Notes: generated from the letters alone by a model not told the origin. Counted from the stretch's first letter, positions 8,483-18,635 are shown. The stretch: 64,000 bases of DNA from Bacillota bacterium (GCA_021846565.1 JAJZWS010000010.1:508-64507), one strand, 5' to 3'. A program made the numbers and translations.

Positions 8483-9673
8483 TCACCGCAGCCGCAGCAG
8501 CCACTGGTCCGGATCCGCCAACAGGTCCTTCAAGCGGTTCAAGAACCGCGACGCCTGGGCGCCGTCGGCAATCCGGTGGTCGAATGTCCACGACAGATAC
8601 AGCATGGGGCAGGGCACCAGCGCCCCATTCACCACCTGGGCCTCCTGTTGGATGCGGTACACGCCCAGGATCGCCACCTCCGGGTGGTTGATAATGGGCG
8701 TGGCGAACAGGCCTGCCAAGGGTCCGCCCCCCGTGATGGTGACGGTCGAGCCCGACAGCTCGGCCGTGCTGAGCTTTCTCGCCTGGGCTCGCTCCGTCTG
8801 CAGGGTCATGGCCCGCGCCAGCTCCAGCACCGATAACTTATCGGCGTCGCGAATCACCGGCACCAAAAGTCCGTCGGGCGCGTCGGTGGCAATCCCGAGA
8901 TGCACCGCCTGATACTGATAGCAGGTGCCCTGCTCCCATCGGGCGTTGAACAGCGGGTGGTCGGCCAACGCCAGCGTGAGCGCCTTGGCCACCCACGGCA
9001 GATACGTAAGCCGCGCTCCCTGCGCTTCCGCCGGTCCCTTTAAAGCGGTGCGCACGCGCACCAGCTCCGAGGCATTCAGCCGCTCCACCACGGTGACATG
9101 GGGAATCTCCCGTACAGACGTAGTCATGTGCTCCGCCATGACCCGCCGGAGACCCGTGAGGACCAGCGGCACCCGGTCGCCGGAGGCGGGGGCGCCGGCT
9201 CCGGAGGGAGCGCTGGCGGCCGCCCGCACGTCACCGGGCAGCACACGCCCCCGCGGCCCGGATGCCGCCACGCGCGTGAGGTCAACCCCCAGCTCCCGCG
9301 CCAGACGCCGTGTGGCCGGAGCGGCCTGCACCGCGCCGGCCCCGTCCACGCCCGCCTCCGGCGCCGACGGCGCCTCCTCCGGAGGGGACGGGGCGGCGGG
9401 GGCTGCTGGCGCGGTGGACCGCTCAGCCGCCGCGCCCGGCGCATCAATCACCACCAGGGTGGTGCCCACCGGCACCACCTGGCCGGGCTCGCCGTGCACC
9501 GAGGCAACCACCCCGGCGCGCGGCGCCGGCAGCTCCACCACCGCCTTGTCGGTCTGCAGTTCCAAGAGCGGCTGGTCCAGCCCCACCGTGTCGCCCACCT
9601 CGACCAGCCACCGGACGATTTCGCCCTCCGTGATGCCTTCGCCTACGTCGGGCAACTTAAACTCAAACGCCAC
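8483..9673 (-). CDS. Dihydrolipoamide acyltransferase (E2) of a 2-oxoacid dehydrogenase complex
   Basis: Lipoyl domain MAFEFKLPDVGEGITEGEIVRW...LELQTDKAVVELPAP, an Ala/Pro linker, a peripheral-subunit-binding motif (ATRRLARELGVDL) and a catalytic domain ending DHRIADGAQASRFL. Confidence 0.9.
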   Translation of the reverse strand: MAFEFKLPDVGEGITEGEIVRWLVEVGDTVGLDQPLLELQTDKAVVELPAPRAGVVASVHGEPGQVVPVGTTLVVIDAPGAAAERSTAPAAPAAPSPPEEAPSAPEAGVDGAGAVQAAPATRRLARELGVDLTRVAASGPRGRVLPGDVRAAASAPSGAGAPASGDRVPLVLTGLRRVMAEHMTTSVREIPHVTVVERLNASELVRVRTALKGPAEAQGARLTYLPWVAKALTLALADHPLFNARWEQGTCYQYQAVHLGIATDAPDGLLVPVIRDADKLSVLELARAMTLQTERAQARKLSTAELSGSTVTITGGGPLAGLFATPIINHPEVAILGVYRIQQEAQVVNGALVPCPMLYLSWTFDHRIADGAQASRFLNRLKDLLADPDQWLLRLR

Positions 9674-9697
9674 GCGCCACTCCCCCTGTTTCTTGGC

Positions 9698-10678
9698 CTA
9701 GTCCTTGAGCGTTCGCCGCACGGCCTCGACCAGCCGCTCGCGGTTGGGCAGATAAAAGTCCTCCCAGGCATAGGGCGGATACGGTACGTCGGGGCCGGTG
9801 ACGCGCTCGACCGGCGCCCGGAGCGACCAGAAGGCGGTCTCCTGGATGGCTGCCACGACCTCGCCACCCAACCCGCCGGTCATCGGCGCCTCGTGTAGCA
9901 CCACGGCGCGCCCGGTCTTATTCACGGATTCCCCGATGGCCTCGCGGTCCAGGGGATAGAGGGAACGGAGGTCCAGCACCTCGATGTCCGCCTCCCCCTG
10001 CTCCGCCAGGGCCCGGGCGGCGTCCAGCGCCACGGCCACCATGTTGCCCCATGTGATGACCGTAAGGTGCTTGCCGGGGCGCGCCACCCGCGCCGACCCA
10101 ATGGGCACCGTGTAGCGCTCCTCCGGCACTTCCTGCCGCCCCAGTCGGTATAGGCGGATCGGCTCCATCACCACCACCGGGTCCGGGTCATCCAGCGCCG
10201 CCGTCAACAGCCCCTTGGCGTCGTAGGGGGTGCTGGGGACCACCACTTTCAAACCGGGGGTGTGCACCAGGACCGCTTCAATGGAGTCGGCATGCTGTTC
10301 GGGCGCCCGAATCCCGCCGCCGAACGGCACCCGCACCACCAGGGGAACATTGACCTGTCCCTGGGTCCGCGCCGCCATTCGTCCCGCATGGCTCATCAGC
10401 TGGTCAAGGCCGGGATACAAAAAGCCCATGAACTGAATTTCCGCGATGGGTTTTAAGCCCCCGACGGCCATGCCGATGGCCATGCCGAGAATCCCGGACT
10501 CCGCCAGCGGGGTGTCAAATACGCGGTCGTCGCCGTGCCGCTCCTGGAGGTGTTCCGTGGCGCGAAAGACGCCTCCGTTCTTGCCCACGTCTTCGCCAAA
10601 CACCATCACCCGGGCATCCTCCGCCAACAGCTGGTCCAACGTCCCGTTGATGGCCCCGATCATGTTGCGCTCAGCCAC
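9698..10678 (-). CDS. 2-oxoacid dehydrogenase E1 component, beta subunit
   Basis: Transketolase-like pyrimidine-binding and C-terminal domains (FGEDVGKNGGVFRAT..., FMGFLYPGLDQL). The GTG start sits 9 nt after GAGGAGG and overlaps the E1alpha stop. Confidence 0.9.
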   Translation of the reverse strand: MAERNMIGAINGTLDQLLAEDARVMVFGEDVGKNGGVFRATEHLQERHGDDRVFDTPLAESGILGMAIGMAVGGLKPIAEIQFMGFLYPGLDQLMSHAGRMAARTQGQVNVPLVVRVPFGGGIRAPEQHADSIEAVLVHTPGLKVVVPSTPYDAKGLLTAALDDPDPVVVMEPIRLYRLGRQEVPEERYTVPIGSARVARPGKHLTVITWGNMVAVALDAARALAEQGEADIEVLDLRSLYPLDREAIGESVNKTGRAVVLHEAPMTGGLGGEVVAAIQETAFWSLRAPVERVTGPDVPYPPYAWEDFYLPNRERLVEAVRRTLKD

Positions 10679-11705
10679 GCGACACCGCCTCCTCAATGCG
10701 CCGCTGCTGGGTGGCGAAATCGCCCGGCGGCTGGCGGAACACGTATTGGAACATGCCTCCCGGTTCGACCGGCGCGAGCGCTTCGGCCGCCTCCACCTCT
10801 GCCTGGATGCGGTCCTGGGCTGCCTGGCGGATCGCCTGGTTGTCCTCGGCCGTCAGGAGGCCGTGCGCCATAAGATACCCGCCCATACGCTGAATGGGAT
10901 CCCGGCTCTCTTTCCAGTCCTGGTATTCATCTGCCGGCCGATAACGGCTGGGGTCGTCGGCGGTGGTGTGCGGTCCCAGCCGGTAGGTCAGCGACTCGAT
11001 GAGCGTCGGTCCTTCCCCCCGCCGCGCCCGGGCGGCCGCCTCACCCACCACCTGGTACACCGCGAGCACGTCATTGCCATCGACGCGACGGCCAGCGATG
11101 CCGTACGCGACCGCCTTCTGCGCCAGCGTTTCCGAGGCGGTCTGCCGCGCACGCGGCACCGAAATTGCCCAGCCGTTGTTCTGGCAAAAAAATATCACCG
11201 GAGCTTTGTACACCCCGGCGAAGTTCAGCGCTTCGTGAAAGTCCCCCTCGGACGTGCCACCGTCGCCAAAATACGCCATGGCGAGGTCGTCGGTGCCAAG
11301 CTTCTGCGCGGCCACCGCTAGGCCCACGGCGTGCGGCAGGTGGGTTGCGATGGGGATGGACGTCGGCAGCGCCTTCAGCGCCGACGACAGGCTGGGGGTG
11401 CGGCCCATCGCAAACAGCACCACATTGGAGAGCGGCAGCCCGTGCACCATCAAGGCTCCGTGATCCCGATAAGACGGCACCACCCAGTCACTCCGCCGGA
11501 GTGCATGCGCCGATCCAATCTCGGACGCCTCCTGGCCCAGCGACGGTGGAAACGTGCCAATACGCCCCTGGCGCTGCAAGTTGATGGCTCGTTCATCAAA
11601 GGTGCGCAGCAAAATCATGTCTTCATAAAGGCGGCGCTGCACTTCAGGGGGCACATCGGATGCCCCACCGCTCAGCACCTCCACCACCGGCCAGCTCTCG
11701 CTCAT
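10671..11705 (-). CDS. 2-oxoacid dehydrogenase E1 component, alpha subunit (TPP-binding)
   Basis: 344 aa. TPP-binding motif YFGDGGTSEGDFHEALNFAGV. Typical N-terminus LYEDMILLRTFDERAINLQRQGRIG. Confidence 0.9.
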   Translation of the reverse strand: MSESWPVVEVLSGGASDVPPEVQRRLYEDMILLRTFDERAINLQRQGRIGTFPPSLGQEASEIGSAHALRRSDWVVPSYRDHGALMVHGLPLSNVVLFAMGRTPSLSSALKALPTSIPIATHLPHAVGLAVAAQKLGTDDLAMAYFGDGGTSEGDFHEALNFAGVYKAPVIFFCQNNGWAISVPRARQTASETLAQKAVAYGIAGRRVDGNDVLAVYQVVGEAAARARRGEGPTLIESLTYRLGPHTTADDPSRYRPADEYQDWKESRDPIQRMGGYLMAHGLLTAEDNQAIRQAAQDRIQAEVEAAEALAPVEPGGMFQYVFRQPPGDFATQQRRIEEAVSRG

Positions 11706-11973
11706 TGCCTGTTCCCCCCTTGGTCGCGTTCTTCAAATGCTCGTCCCGCCGGCCTGGCCGCTCCGGCCTGTTCCGCCGGATCCGCGAATCCCCCAGGGGG
11801 ACGTCCGCTGGCGCGCGGCGGCATCCGTTCCCCCTAACTATACCAGCTTGCCCCCCAAGGGTTCGGCGGTCGGGAAATGGCCCTCAGCGAGCCTATGGGG
11901 CGATTTGCTACCATACCTCCAAACCTCCAAAGGGGGCTCCCGCCATGCCGGATCGCCAGGGCGCTCAGAGCGC

Positions 11974-13140
11974 GTGGCTCACGCCCACCTGTGGAAGATT
12001 GCCGGGTCGGCGTTTTTCGCCGACCTGGGCTACCAAGCGGTGCTGGCGGGTTTTCCCCTGTTTCTCGTGCTGGCGCTAAACGCCCCGGTATGGGTGTACG
12101 GTCTGGCCATGGCCCTCGCGTACGGGCCCGGCGCGCTCATCGCCTGGTGGGGCGGGCGCCAGGGCGACCGCTGGGGCCACCGTCGCGTCGCGATTACCGG
12201 CAACAGTGGGATCGTGCTGCTGTCCCTGTCGGGCCTGGCGTCGACCCCGCTGGCAGCCGTGGGACTCCTGTCGCTGGGATGGTGGGCGCGCAACTTTCGC
12301 ACGCCCTCGCGCCGCGTCCTGCTTGTGGACCGGGTGCCTGACCCCGAAGACCGGTCTCGGGCCTTTGGCTTTCTTCACGCGCTCGACGTGGGCGGCGGGA
12401 TGCTGGCGGGGGTCGGGGTTTTGGTCCTGCTGGCGCGGGCGTGGCCGCTGGGCCGCATCTTTCTCTTGACATTAGTCCCGCTGGCCATCTCCACACTGCT
12501 GTTGGTTGGGCTCCGTCGCACCCCGGGCACCACCCCGCCACCGGCGGCGACCGCGGCCCCTCGCGCCGACGCAGCCCCGGCCGACCGGCGGCGGCTTCCC
12601 CCAATTTTGTGGGCGGCCGCGCTTTATGGGTTCAGTTCATACAACCTGGGGTTCCCGATCCTCACCGTCGCGCAGGCCACCCGGCACAGCACCCTGGGCA
12701 TCGTCTCGTACATCGTGTTTTTGGGCGTGTCGGCGGCCACGGGGTGGTTCGTGGGGCGCCGCGTGCGCGGCACCGCCGGAGAGCTGGCGGGGCTCGGATA
12801 CGTCGGAGCCGCCGTGGGGTCGGCCGGACTGGCGGCGGCGCTCGCCTGCTCGCTCGGATTCTGGGGATTGGTGCTGCCGGTGGCCATCCTGGGGTTTGCA
12901 CTGGGAGCGATTGAAACGCTCGAACCCACGCTCGTCAGCCGCTGGGCCTCGGGCGCCACGCTGGGGCGGGGCATGGGAGCCCTCACCGGAGCCCGCAGCC
13001 TGGGGCTCTTTGGCGCAAACCTCATCATGGGCCTGCTGTACCATGCCTCGCCGGTGGCCGCCTACGCCTACGCGGCCGCGGTCGCGCTCGCGGCGGCGGT
13101 CGTACTGTGGCGATCGGCACGCGTGACCCGCGAACCCTAG
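11974..13140 (+). CDS. MFS transporter
   Basis: 12-TM-like profile and an MFS loop motif GGRQGDRWGHRRV. The start (GTG, VAHAHLWKIAGSAFF) is uncertain; see the rejected note on ATG 11945. Confidence 0.7.
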   Translation: MAHAHLWKIAGSAFFADLGYQAVLAGFPLFLVLALNAPVWVYGLAMALAYGPGALIAWWGGRQGDRWGHRRVAITGNSGIVLLSLSGLASTPLAAVGLLSLGWWARNFRTPSRRVLLVDRVPDPEDRSRAFGFLHALDVGGGMLAGVGVLVLLARAWPLGRIFLLTLVPLAISTLLLVGLRRTPGTTPPPAATAAPRADAAPADRRRLPPILWAAALYGFSSYNLGFPILTVAQATRHSTLGIVSYIVFLGVSAATGWFVGRRVRGTAGELAGLGYVGAAVGSAGLAAALACSLGFWGLVLPVAILGFALGAIETLEPTLVSRWASGATLGRGMGALTGARSLGLFGANLIMGLLYHASPVAAYAYAAAVALAAAVVLWRSARVTREP

Positions 13141-13219
13141 CGTCGCGAGGTACACTGGAGACCGACACCGCACGCGTGTCGAAAATCCACAGGCTGACTA
13201 GGCGTGGGAGGGAGCCGCA

Positions 13220-13591
13220 ATGCGCAGGGGCATGAACGAGGGTACGTCGGCGCGCGTGGATGCTGTCGTGGCGCCAGACATGGTGGCGACGCTGGGCGGC
13301 CAGGCGGTGCATCCCGTCTTGGCCACCGCCCGCATGATTGAGTGGATGGAGTGGGCGAGCCGCCTCGTGATCCTGCCCTTTCTGGAGCCCACCGAAGATG
13401 CCGTGGGCTACGCCGTTTCGGTCGTCCACCGACGGCCGACCCCGGTGGGCGCCGCGTTTTGGGCGGTCGCACGCTTTCAGCGGCAGGACCATAAGCGCAT
13501 CGTCACCACCGTGGCCGCGTACAATGCGGCCGGCCCCATCGGGGAGGGCGAAATCACCCAGGTGCTGGTGCCCCGCCGGGCAGCTCCGTGA
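13220..13591 (+). CDS. Hotdog-fold thioesterase (fluoroacetyl-CoA thioesterase-like family)
   Basis: 123 aa. The pattern VHPVLATARMIEWMEWAS...VGYAVSVVHRRPTPVG...GEGEITQVLV matches the small thioesterase-superfamily layout. Confidence 0.65.
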   Translation: MRRGMNEGTSARVDAVVAPDMVATLGGQAVHPVLATARMIEWMEWASRLVILPFLEPTEDAVGYAVSVVHRRPTPVGAAFWAVARFQRQDHKRIVTTVAAYNAAGPIGEGEITQVLVPRRAAP

Positions 13592-14108
13592 CCAGCACGC
13601 GGTCGGCCCATCGCTGGAGCGCTGCCAGCGCGGCCTCGGCGCGCCGGCGTTCCTGGTCGGCGGCGTAAAGCTCCCACACCACCGATGCCCCGTCAAGCCA
13701 TGCCCAGGCGCGCGCGGCCGGCACCACCCAGCGGCGGGTGCGTGTGACGACCCGAACCCCGGCGCCCAGCGAGCGAGGAGACGGGCCGGCCAACCCCCGG
13801 TACACCTGGCGCCGCAGATCGCGGAGCACAGCGGGGGCGGTGGGGTCCACCCCACGGGTACGGCAAAATTCGGCGCCCGCACGATACAGCAGCCAGACCA
13901 CCGCACCGCGGACAGGCAGCTCGGCGATGGGCCCGCCCACGGCCTCCGCAGCGGCCAGCAGCCAGAGGCGGCGGGACCAGCGGCGGACCACCGCGTCGGG
14001 ATCTTCAAGCCGGTGGGGGCTTGCCGCCACCGCACGGTGGGCGATCCGCATGCCCGCCCGATCCAGCCAGGGCCAGTAAACAGCGGCCATGGTTCCCAGA
14101 GATACCAC
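13554..14108 (-). CDS. Hypothetical protein
   Basis: 184-aa ORF with non-repetitive, helix-rich composition. GTG start after a GAGGGA-like SD. It lies directly downstream of the decayed ligase gene. No family recognised. Confidence 0.4.
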   Translation of the reverse strand: MVSLGTMAAVYWPWLDRAGMRIAHRAVAASPHRLEDPDAVVRRWSRRLWLLAAAEAVGGPIAELPVRGAVVWLLYRAGAEFCRTRGVDPTAPAVLRDLRRQVYRGLAGPSPRSLGAGVRVVTRTRRWVVPAARAWAWLDGASVVWELYAADQERRRAEAALAALQRWADRVLVTELPGGAPAPG

Positions 14109-14117
14109 CTCAGTCCC

Positions 14118-14988
14118 TCAGCTTAAGCCGCGGGCGCCCGGGTGTGCGCAGCCCGGGCAATGGCGTGTGCTCGCTGATCGGTGACCGTCACGCCCGGAGC
14201 CCGACGATCCCGATCCACCGCGGCGCGCGGCCGATGCTGCGGCACCGCCAAACCCTGGCGTGGGAAACAGCACCGACAGCAGCCGCGTGCGCGACAACCG
14301 CCCTGGGCCCAGCCCGATGCCGTCCGACGCCCGCTCCAGGTCCCCGAGGACGATCCCCGGGTGGCCGCAGCCACCCGCCACCACCCGTGCGACGTTGCCC
14401 GTGTTCCAGCGCGCCAGGGCCGGGACGCGCGGGCCTGTCGTGGTAATCACCAAGGGCCGGGCCTGCCCGCGCCGTCCGCCACCTCCAGCGTCACGCCGTG
14501 GGCGTCGCCGGGGCGCCGACCGTGGAGCACCTCCGCACACATTCCACCGCCAGCGGCCCGGGAACGTCCACCATCCCGTACCACGAGCGAATGACCGGGG
14601 CGTTGCCCCACTGCTCGCGAATGCGTTCCCGCACGGCGGGCACCATCGCCCCCACGCCCTCGGTCAGCACCACCAGACGCCGCGCGTGCTGGGCGGGCCA
14701 CGCAAGTGCGGCCCGTCGGTCCGTGACCAGCACGTCCGGCACCCCGGGAGCCGGCCCGGCCACATGCCAGACGCGTCCCGCCATCGCCATCACGGCCCTC
14801 CCGAGCGTCCACGCCCACGACGGATTGGCAAGCTGAATCGCCACCAGATCGCCGGGCCGGGCTCCCACGGTGGCCAGCGCCTGGCCAAACCGCTGCTGCG
14901 CATCATCGAAGTCATGGCTCGTCCAAAACTGCGGCGCCGGCGAGGGGGCCGGAGATCCCTCCGCTCCACCGCCTCGGGGTTGTCTGCG
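14118..14988 (-). pseudogene. Frameshifted, N-terminally truncated PaaK / F390-synthetase-like acyl-adenylate ligase remnant
   Basis: Homology-like segments lie in three minus-strand frames. They are ...GARPGDLVAIQLANP...VRERIREQWGNAPVIRSWYGMVDVPGPLAVEC (ORF 14491..14868), AEVLHGRRPGD...TLEV (ORF 14447..14818) and LVITTTGPRVPALARWNTGNVARV...GHPGIVLGDLERASDG (ORF 14118..14540). No SSGTTG-type motif is found upstream. Confidence 0.45.
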
Positions 14989-15035
14989 CTAACCGTGCTG
15001 ACCGTGCCCTCGCCTCCGATTGCATCAGGGTGCCG

Positions 15036-16721
15036 CTACGGGTGCGGCACGGACACCTCGACCCGTCCCGCTCGGCCGCCGTCCACCAGCACCGTGAGAG
15101 GCCCCGGCCCATCCACCCGGACGGTCCATTCGGCCAGGCGGCGCTGCGGCAGGTTTCCGCCCGCGGCGCCGCCGTACCCCGCCAGGTGGCTTAACGTCAC
15201 GGGCGATTCCCCGCCCACCACGGTGCCTCCGTAGATCGCGGCGGTGACCGGCCGGGCGCGGCCCAGTTCCCGGCCCTTGGCGGTGCCGGACGTCGGCAGG
15301 TACCCCACGTTCAGCACTTCCACTGCCACGTGGACCGTGTCCGGGCCCACCGGCTCGCACACCACCTCGCCCACCGAAATCCGAGGGGTGCTGCGCCCCA
15401 GCCCCGTGAGAAAGGCGCTCACCGCGCGGCATTCCCCCTCCAACAGCGAAAGTGGAGGGTTCTGGACCAGGAATTTCGGTTCCAGGCCGCCAATTTCCAC
15501 TGGCCCCAGGTCGGGGTGCATGAACGGGCGCCACGGGTGAAAGCCCAGTTCGCCGGGCACAGCGACATCCACGAAGGCCAGCACCTTCTTATCATCGGCC
15601 ACGCGTTCGTCCGGCGTTAGGCGCCGGAGCGCCCTAACGCCGTGCTCGGCATAATTTTTCGCACCCGCGCGGCCCCGGAGGTTCCAGATTTCCACCGTAA
15701 ACCCCAGAATGCCACGCGTATCGTAAGCCCAGTCGTCGGCCGCCCCGGGCATCAGGGGCCCCCGCTCGTGCCCGCTGGCAAACGCTTCGTAGTTGGATCG
15801 CGCCTGGTACCCGGAGAGCCGGGCGCCCATGGCGCTCACGGTGCGGTAGTACCCCAGATCTTCGGCCCCCAATACCGTGTCGGCGCCCGTCGACGGCTGG
15901 CGCAGGATCACACCGCCCGCCGTGTGCAGCGCGGCGTAGGCGCCGATGTTGGGATGCTCATCGACAAACTCCACCAGGGCGCGAATTTCCGGCTCAGACA
16001 GGGGATACGGCCCCGCGCCCGGCTGACCCTCCTCCCCGGCCCAGCGGATGGGAAAATTGCGGTTGAAGTCCATCGCCTGACGGCGCGTCAGTTGGACTTC
16101 GGTCCAGACCGGGCGCCGCCCAACCTCGTGGCGGCGGTCCAATCGCCCCTCGGGCAACACGTGATAAAACGGTCCCTCCAGATCCAGCGGGTCCCGGGGC
16201 ACCATCAGGCGGGGATCGTCGGGGTCGGCGCGGAAAGCGCCGTCGGGCGCTTGGACCCGCATCTGCAGGATCCGGCCGTTGCCGTCCACGTCCTCGGGGA
16301 CCCAGCCGCTAGTCGGCTCGGGATCGGGATAAGGATGCGGACTGGACCGCAGGCGGTCCGGCCCGGTCAGATACCGCTCGGCGCCGTCCATCGCCAGCCG
16401 CGGCACCACGTATACCGTCCGATCGCTGAGGAGGGCGGCCGCCACCGGGTCGTCCCCAAATCCCTGCAACAAACTGGCGATCCAGTACATGGCCACGGCG
16501 TTGCCGGCCACCTCGCCGGCGTGAATGTTGGCGTCCACCAACACCGCCGGCTTGTGCGCCGCGGGACCGGTCGTGCGGTCGGTGAGCGTCGCCACCGGCA
16601 ACCGGCGTCCCTCGCGGCTCTCGCCCAACACCTCGACGCTGAGCAGATCCGGATATTGCCGCATCCACGCCCCCAGCGCATCCCACATTTCCTGATAAAG
16701 CCAATACTTCGCGACGGGCAC
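15036..16721 (-). CDS. M14 family zinc carboxypeptidase
   Basis: HxxE zinc motif in VLVDANIHAGEVAGNAVAMYW, with an N-terminus like YQEMWDALGAWMRQYPDLLSVEVLGESREGRRL. Start placed at GTG 6 nt after GGGGGGA; the upstream part of ORF 15036..17006 is discounted. Confidence 0.8.
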   Translation of the reverse strand: MPVAKYWLYQEMWDALGAWMRQYPDLLSVEVLGESREGRRLPVATLTDRTTGPAAHKPAVLVDANIHAGEVAGNAVAMYWIASLLQGFGDDPVAAALLSDRTVYVVPRLAMDGAERYLTGPDRLRSSPHPYPDPEPTSGWVPEDVDGNGRILQMRVQAPDGAFRADPDDPRLMVPRDPLDLEGPFYHVLPEGRLDRRHEVGRRPVWTEVQLTRRQAMDFNRNFPIRWAGEEGQPGAGPYPLSEPEIRALVEFVDEHPNIGAYAALHTAGGVILRQPSTGADTVLGAEDLGYYRTVSAMGARLSGYQARSNYEAFASGHERGPLMPGAADDWAYDTRGILGFTVEIWNLRGRAGAKNYAEHGVRALRRLTPDERVADDKKVLAFVDVAVPGELGFHPWRPFMHPDLGPVEIGGLEPKFLVQNPPLSLLEGECRAVSAFLTGLGRSTPRISVGEVVCEPVGPDTVHVAVEVLNVGYLPTSGTAKGRELGRARPVTAAIYGGTVVGGESPVTLSHLAGYGGAAGGNLPQRRLAEWTVRVDGPGPLTVLVDGGRAGRVEVSVPHP

Positions 16722-16856
16722 GTGGCATCCCCCCGGGTGGCGCGGTTCGCGGCGCGTGACCTCGTGCCGCAATACCTCTATGCTACCAGAGCGCAACGTC
16801 GGCGTGGCCACTGGTCGTCGAACGAGACAGAAGGACCAACCAAGGAGCAGACGATC

Positions 16857-17444
16857 ATGCATGTCATTTGGGACTTGGGCGATACCCTCATCACGCGGCC
16901 GCCGGGCGGACAGGACCTGCGACCGCTCACCAGCTACCCGGATATCCAACTGAGGCCCGGAGCGCGCGCCGTCCTGGATTCTCTGGCGGCTGGCGGCAGC
17001 CATCACGCGGTGCTATCCAACACGGCTGCCAGCACGAGTGCCGACGCCCGCCGCCTGCTGCTGCGCCTGGGCGTGCTGGATTTGTTCGAGATCGTGATCG
17101 CGACCGCCTCCGAGCTGGACCCGTCGCGACCGGGCAAGCCCGACGCGGTAGTGTTCCACCAGCTGCTGCAGGCGTGGGGTCGGTCGGGCGCCCATATGGG
17201 GGCCCGGGATGTTGTCATGGTGGGCAACACCTGGGCTCACGACGTGCTGGGAGCGACGCGGGCCGGCATCGCGGCCATTTTTCTCACAAATCCCGCCATC
17301 TCCGTGCGGCATCCCCACGATCCCCCAGCCGCCTGTCCCCCATGGGTGATTCCCGTGTGGGATCTTCCGGCCGTGCCCCGCGCCGTCCAGATCCTGGACC
17401 AAGTTGGCGCCGGGCCCCCAGCCGCAGTCGGGCCGGACGTATGA
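16857..17444 (+). CDS. HAD superfamily hydrolase
   Basis: ATG after AAGGAG. Motif I is VIWDLGDTL, motif II VLSNT and motif IV MVGNTWAHDVLG. Only the last 195 aa of ORF 15642..17444 are credible. Confidence 0.75.
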   Translation: MHVIWDLGDTLITRPPGGQDLRPLTSYPDIQLRPGARAVLDSLAAGGSHHAVLSNTAASTSADARRLLLRLGVLDLFEIVIATASELDPSRPGKPDAVVFHQLLQAWGRSGAHMGARDVVMVGNTWAHDVLGATRAGIAAIFLTNPAISVRHPHDPPAACPPWVIPVWDLPAVPRAVQILDQVGAGPPAAVGPDV

Positions 17445-17626
17445 CTGGGTACCCCCGGGTCCGCTCCCGAGCAAGAGCGCGGTCCGGCGCGCCCTGGCTC
17501 GTTGAACCAGCTGCCCCACATCATGGACTCGGAAAACTTGTCCCCATCCAGTACAATGCTAGGGGAGGGCGTTCCCATCGGTGTTAACCACCGGCCGGCG
17601 TCATGCGAATCAAGAGGAGGCCATTC

Positions 17627-18520
17627 GTGACTTCAGGCGTTCCCCAGGCGCTGGACCAGCTGTACCATCGACACCTCACACTGACGGAACACACGGACTG
17701 GGCCTATCACCGGCTTTTGCCGTGGGATCGGGGCCGCGACTTTGGGCAGGCGCCGTGGGAGCCCGGGCAGGGCACGCTGCCCCCGGATGTCGCGTTGGCC
17801 GTGGAGACAGCCATGCTGACGGAGGTGAACCTGCCCTGGTTCACGGCGGGGCTCGTTCGGCTCATGCACAACGCGCCCGACGCGCTGCGGCAGTTTGTGC
17901 ACACCTGGACCGCCGAGGAGGACCGCCACGCCCGCGTGCTGGAAACCTATCTCGTGCTGTCGCGCAATGGCGACCCCGACGCTCGCTGCCGCCTCGTGCA
18001 CGGAGTGGTGCGCGAGGGCTGGGTCGTGCCCGGCGATTCCCCCTTTGCGGTTATGGTGTATACCACCCTGCAGGAGCTGGCCACCCGCGTCTTCTATCTG
18101 AACCTGGCCCAGGTGGCCCGCGAGGCCGACCCCGTGCTGGACCGCATCCTGAAAACCATCGCGAAAGATGAAACCCTGCACTTTGCCTTTTACCGCGGGG
18201 CGGTGGGGGCGTACCTAGACGACGACCCAGAGAAGATCGGCACCGTCTGCGACATCGTTCCGCTGTTCACCATGCCCGGAGCTGGCATGCCCGACTTTGG
18301 CCACCGCATGCGCAGCGCCTCGGATCACGGCGGCTACGGCCTGCCCGAGTTTCTGCGCCAGGTGATTCGTCCGCTCCTACGTGACTGGGGCCTCTTTGAC
18401 CATCAGGTGAGTTCCGCGGTGGAAGCCCGCCGGCAGGCGCTGGCCGAGTACTTGGTGCGCCTGGAGCGGGCGGCGGGCCGCGTCGAGGCGCGTCGGCTGT
18501 CTCGGGCGGAGCGGATCTGA
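17627..18520 (+). CDS. Acyl-ACP desaturase-like di-iron enzyme (soluble fatty-acid desaturase family)
   Basis: Two ExxH di-iron motifs (TAEEDRHARVLE and AKDETLHFAFY) plus LTEVNLPWF. Start placed at GTG 6 nt after AAGAGGAGG. Confidence 0.8.
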   Translation: MTSGVPQALDQLYHRHLTLTEHTDWAYHRLLPWDRGRDFGQAPWEPGQGTLPPDVALAVETAMLTEVNLPWFTAGLVRLMHNAPDALRQFVHTWTAEEDRHARVLETYLVLSRNGDPDARCRLVHGVVREGWVVPGDSPFAVMVYTTLQELATRVFYLNLAQVAREADPVLDRILKTIAKDETLHFAFYRGAVGAYLDDDPEKIGTVCDIVPLFTMPGAGMPDFGHRMRSASDHGGYGLPEFLRQVIRPLLRDWGLFDHQVSSAVEARRQALAEYLVRLERAAGRVEARRLSRAERI

Positions 18521-18550
18521 GACCGAGATCGCGCATCGTCGGTCGCTTTT
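18521..18550 (+). terminator. Hairpin plus T-run immediately after the desaturase stop
   Basis: GACCGA (18521-26) pairs with TCGGTC (18539-44), followed by GCTTTTGTG. Confidence 0.4.
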
Positions 18551-18635
18551 GTGCTAGGCTGACGGCGATCGCCGAGCCCGCCGGGGACGACGCCGGGGCT
18601 CGCGCATTCTATCCAGCCCATGAGGGAGGACTCCC

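Noticed and set aside
6405-8912. 835-aa plus-strand ORF, the longest in the track
   Set aside because: The translation is R/G/A/P-rich and low-complexity. It runs through three independently supported genes (O-antigen ligase-like and TauE in other frames, and the minus-strand E2 gene). This is the typical stop-poor alternative frame of GC-rich DNA.
11945-12079. ATG with a good SD (AAAGGGGG, 8 nt upstream) opening a 44-aa ORF, +1 relative to the MFS gene frame
   Set aside because: It could be the true MFS start displaced by a frameshift, or an overlapping uORF. I cannot distinguish these by eye. The MFS homology-like sequence is entirely in the other frame, so I kept the GTG 11974 start and made no claim.
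15642-16856. N-terminal 405 aa of ORF 15642..17444
   Set aside because: This part is antisense to the M14 carboxypeptidase gene. Only the C-terminal 195 aa, from an SD-preceded ATG with HAD motifs, look real.
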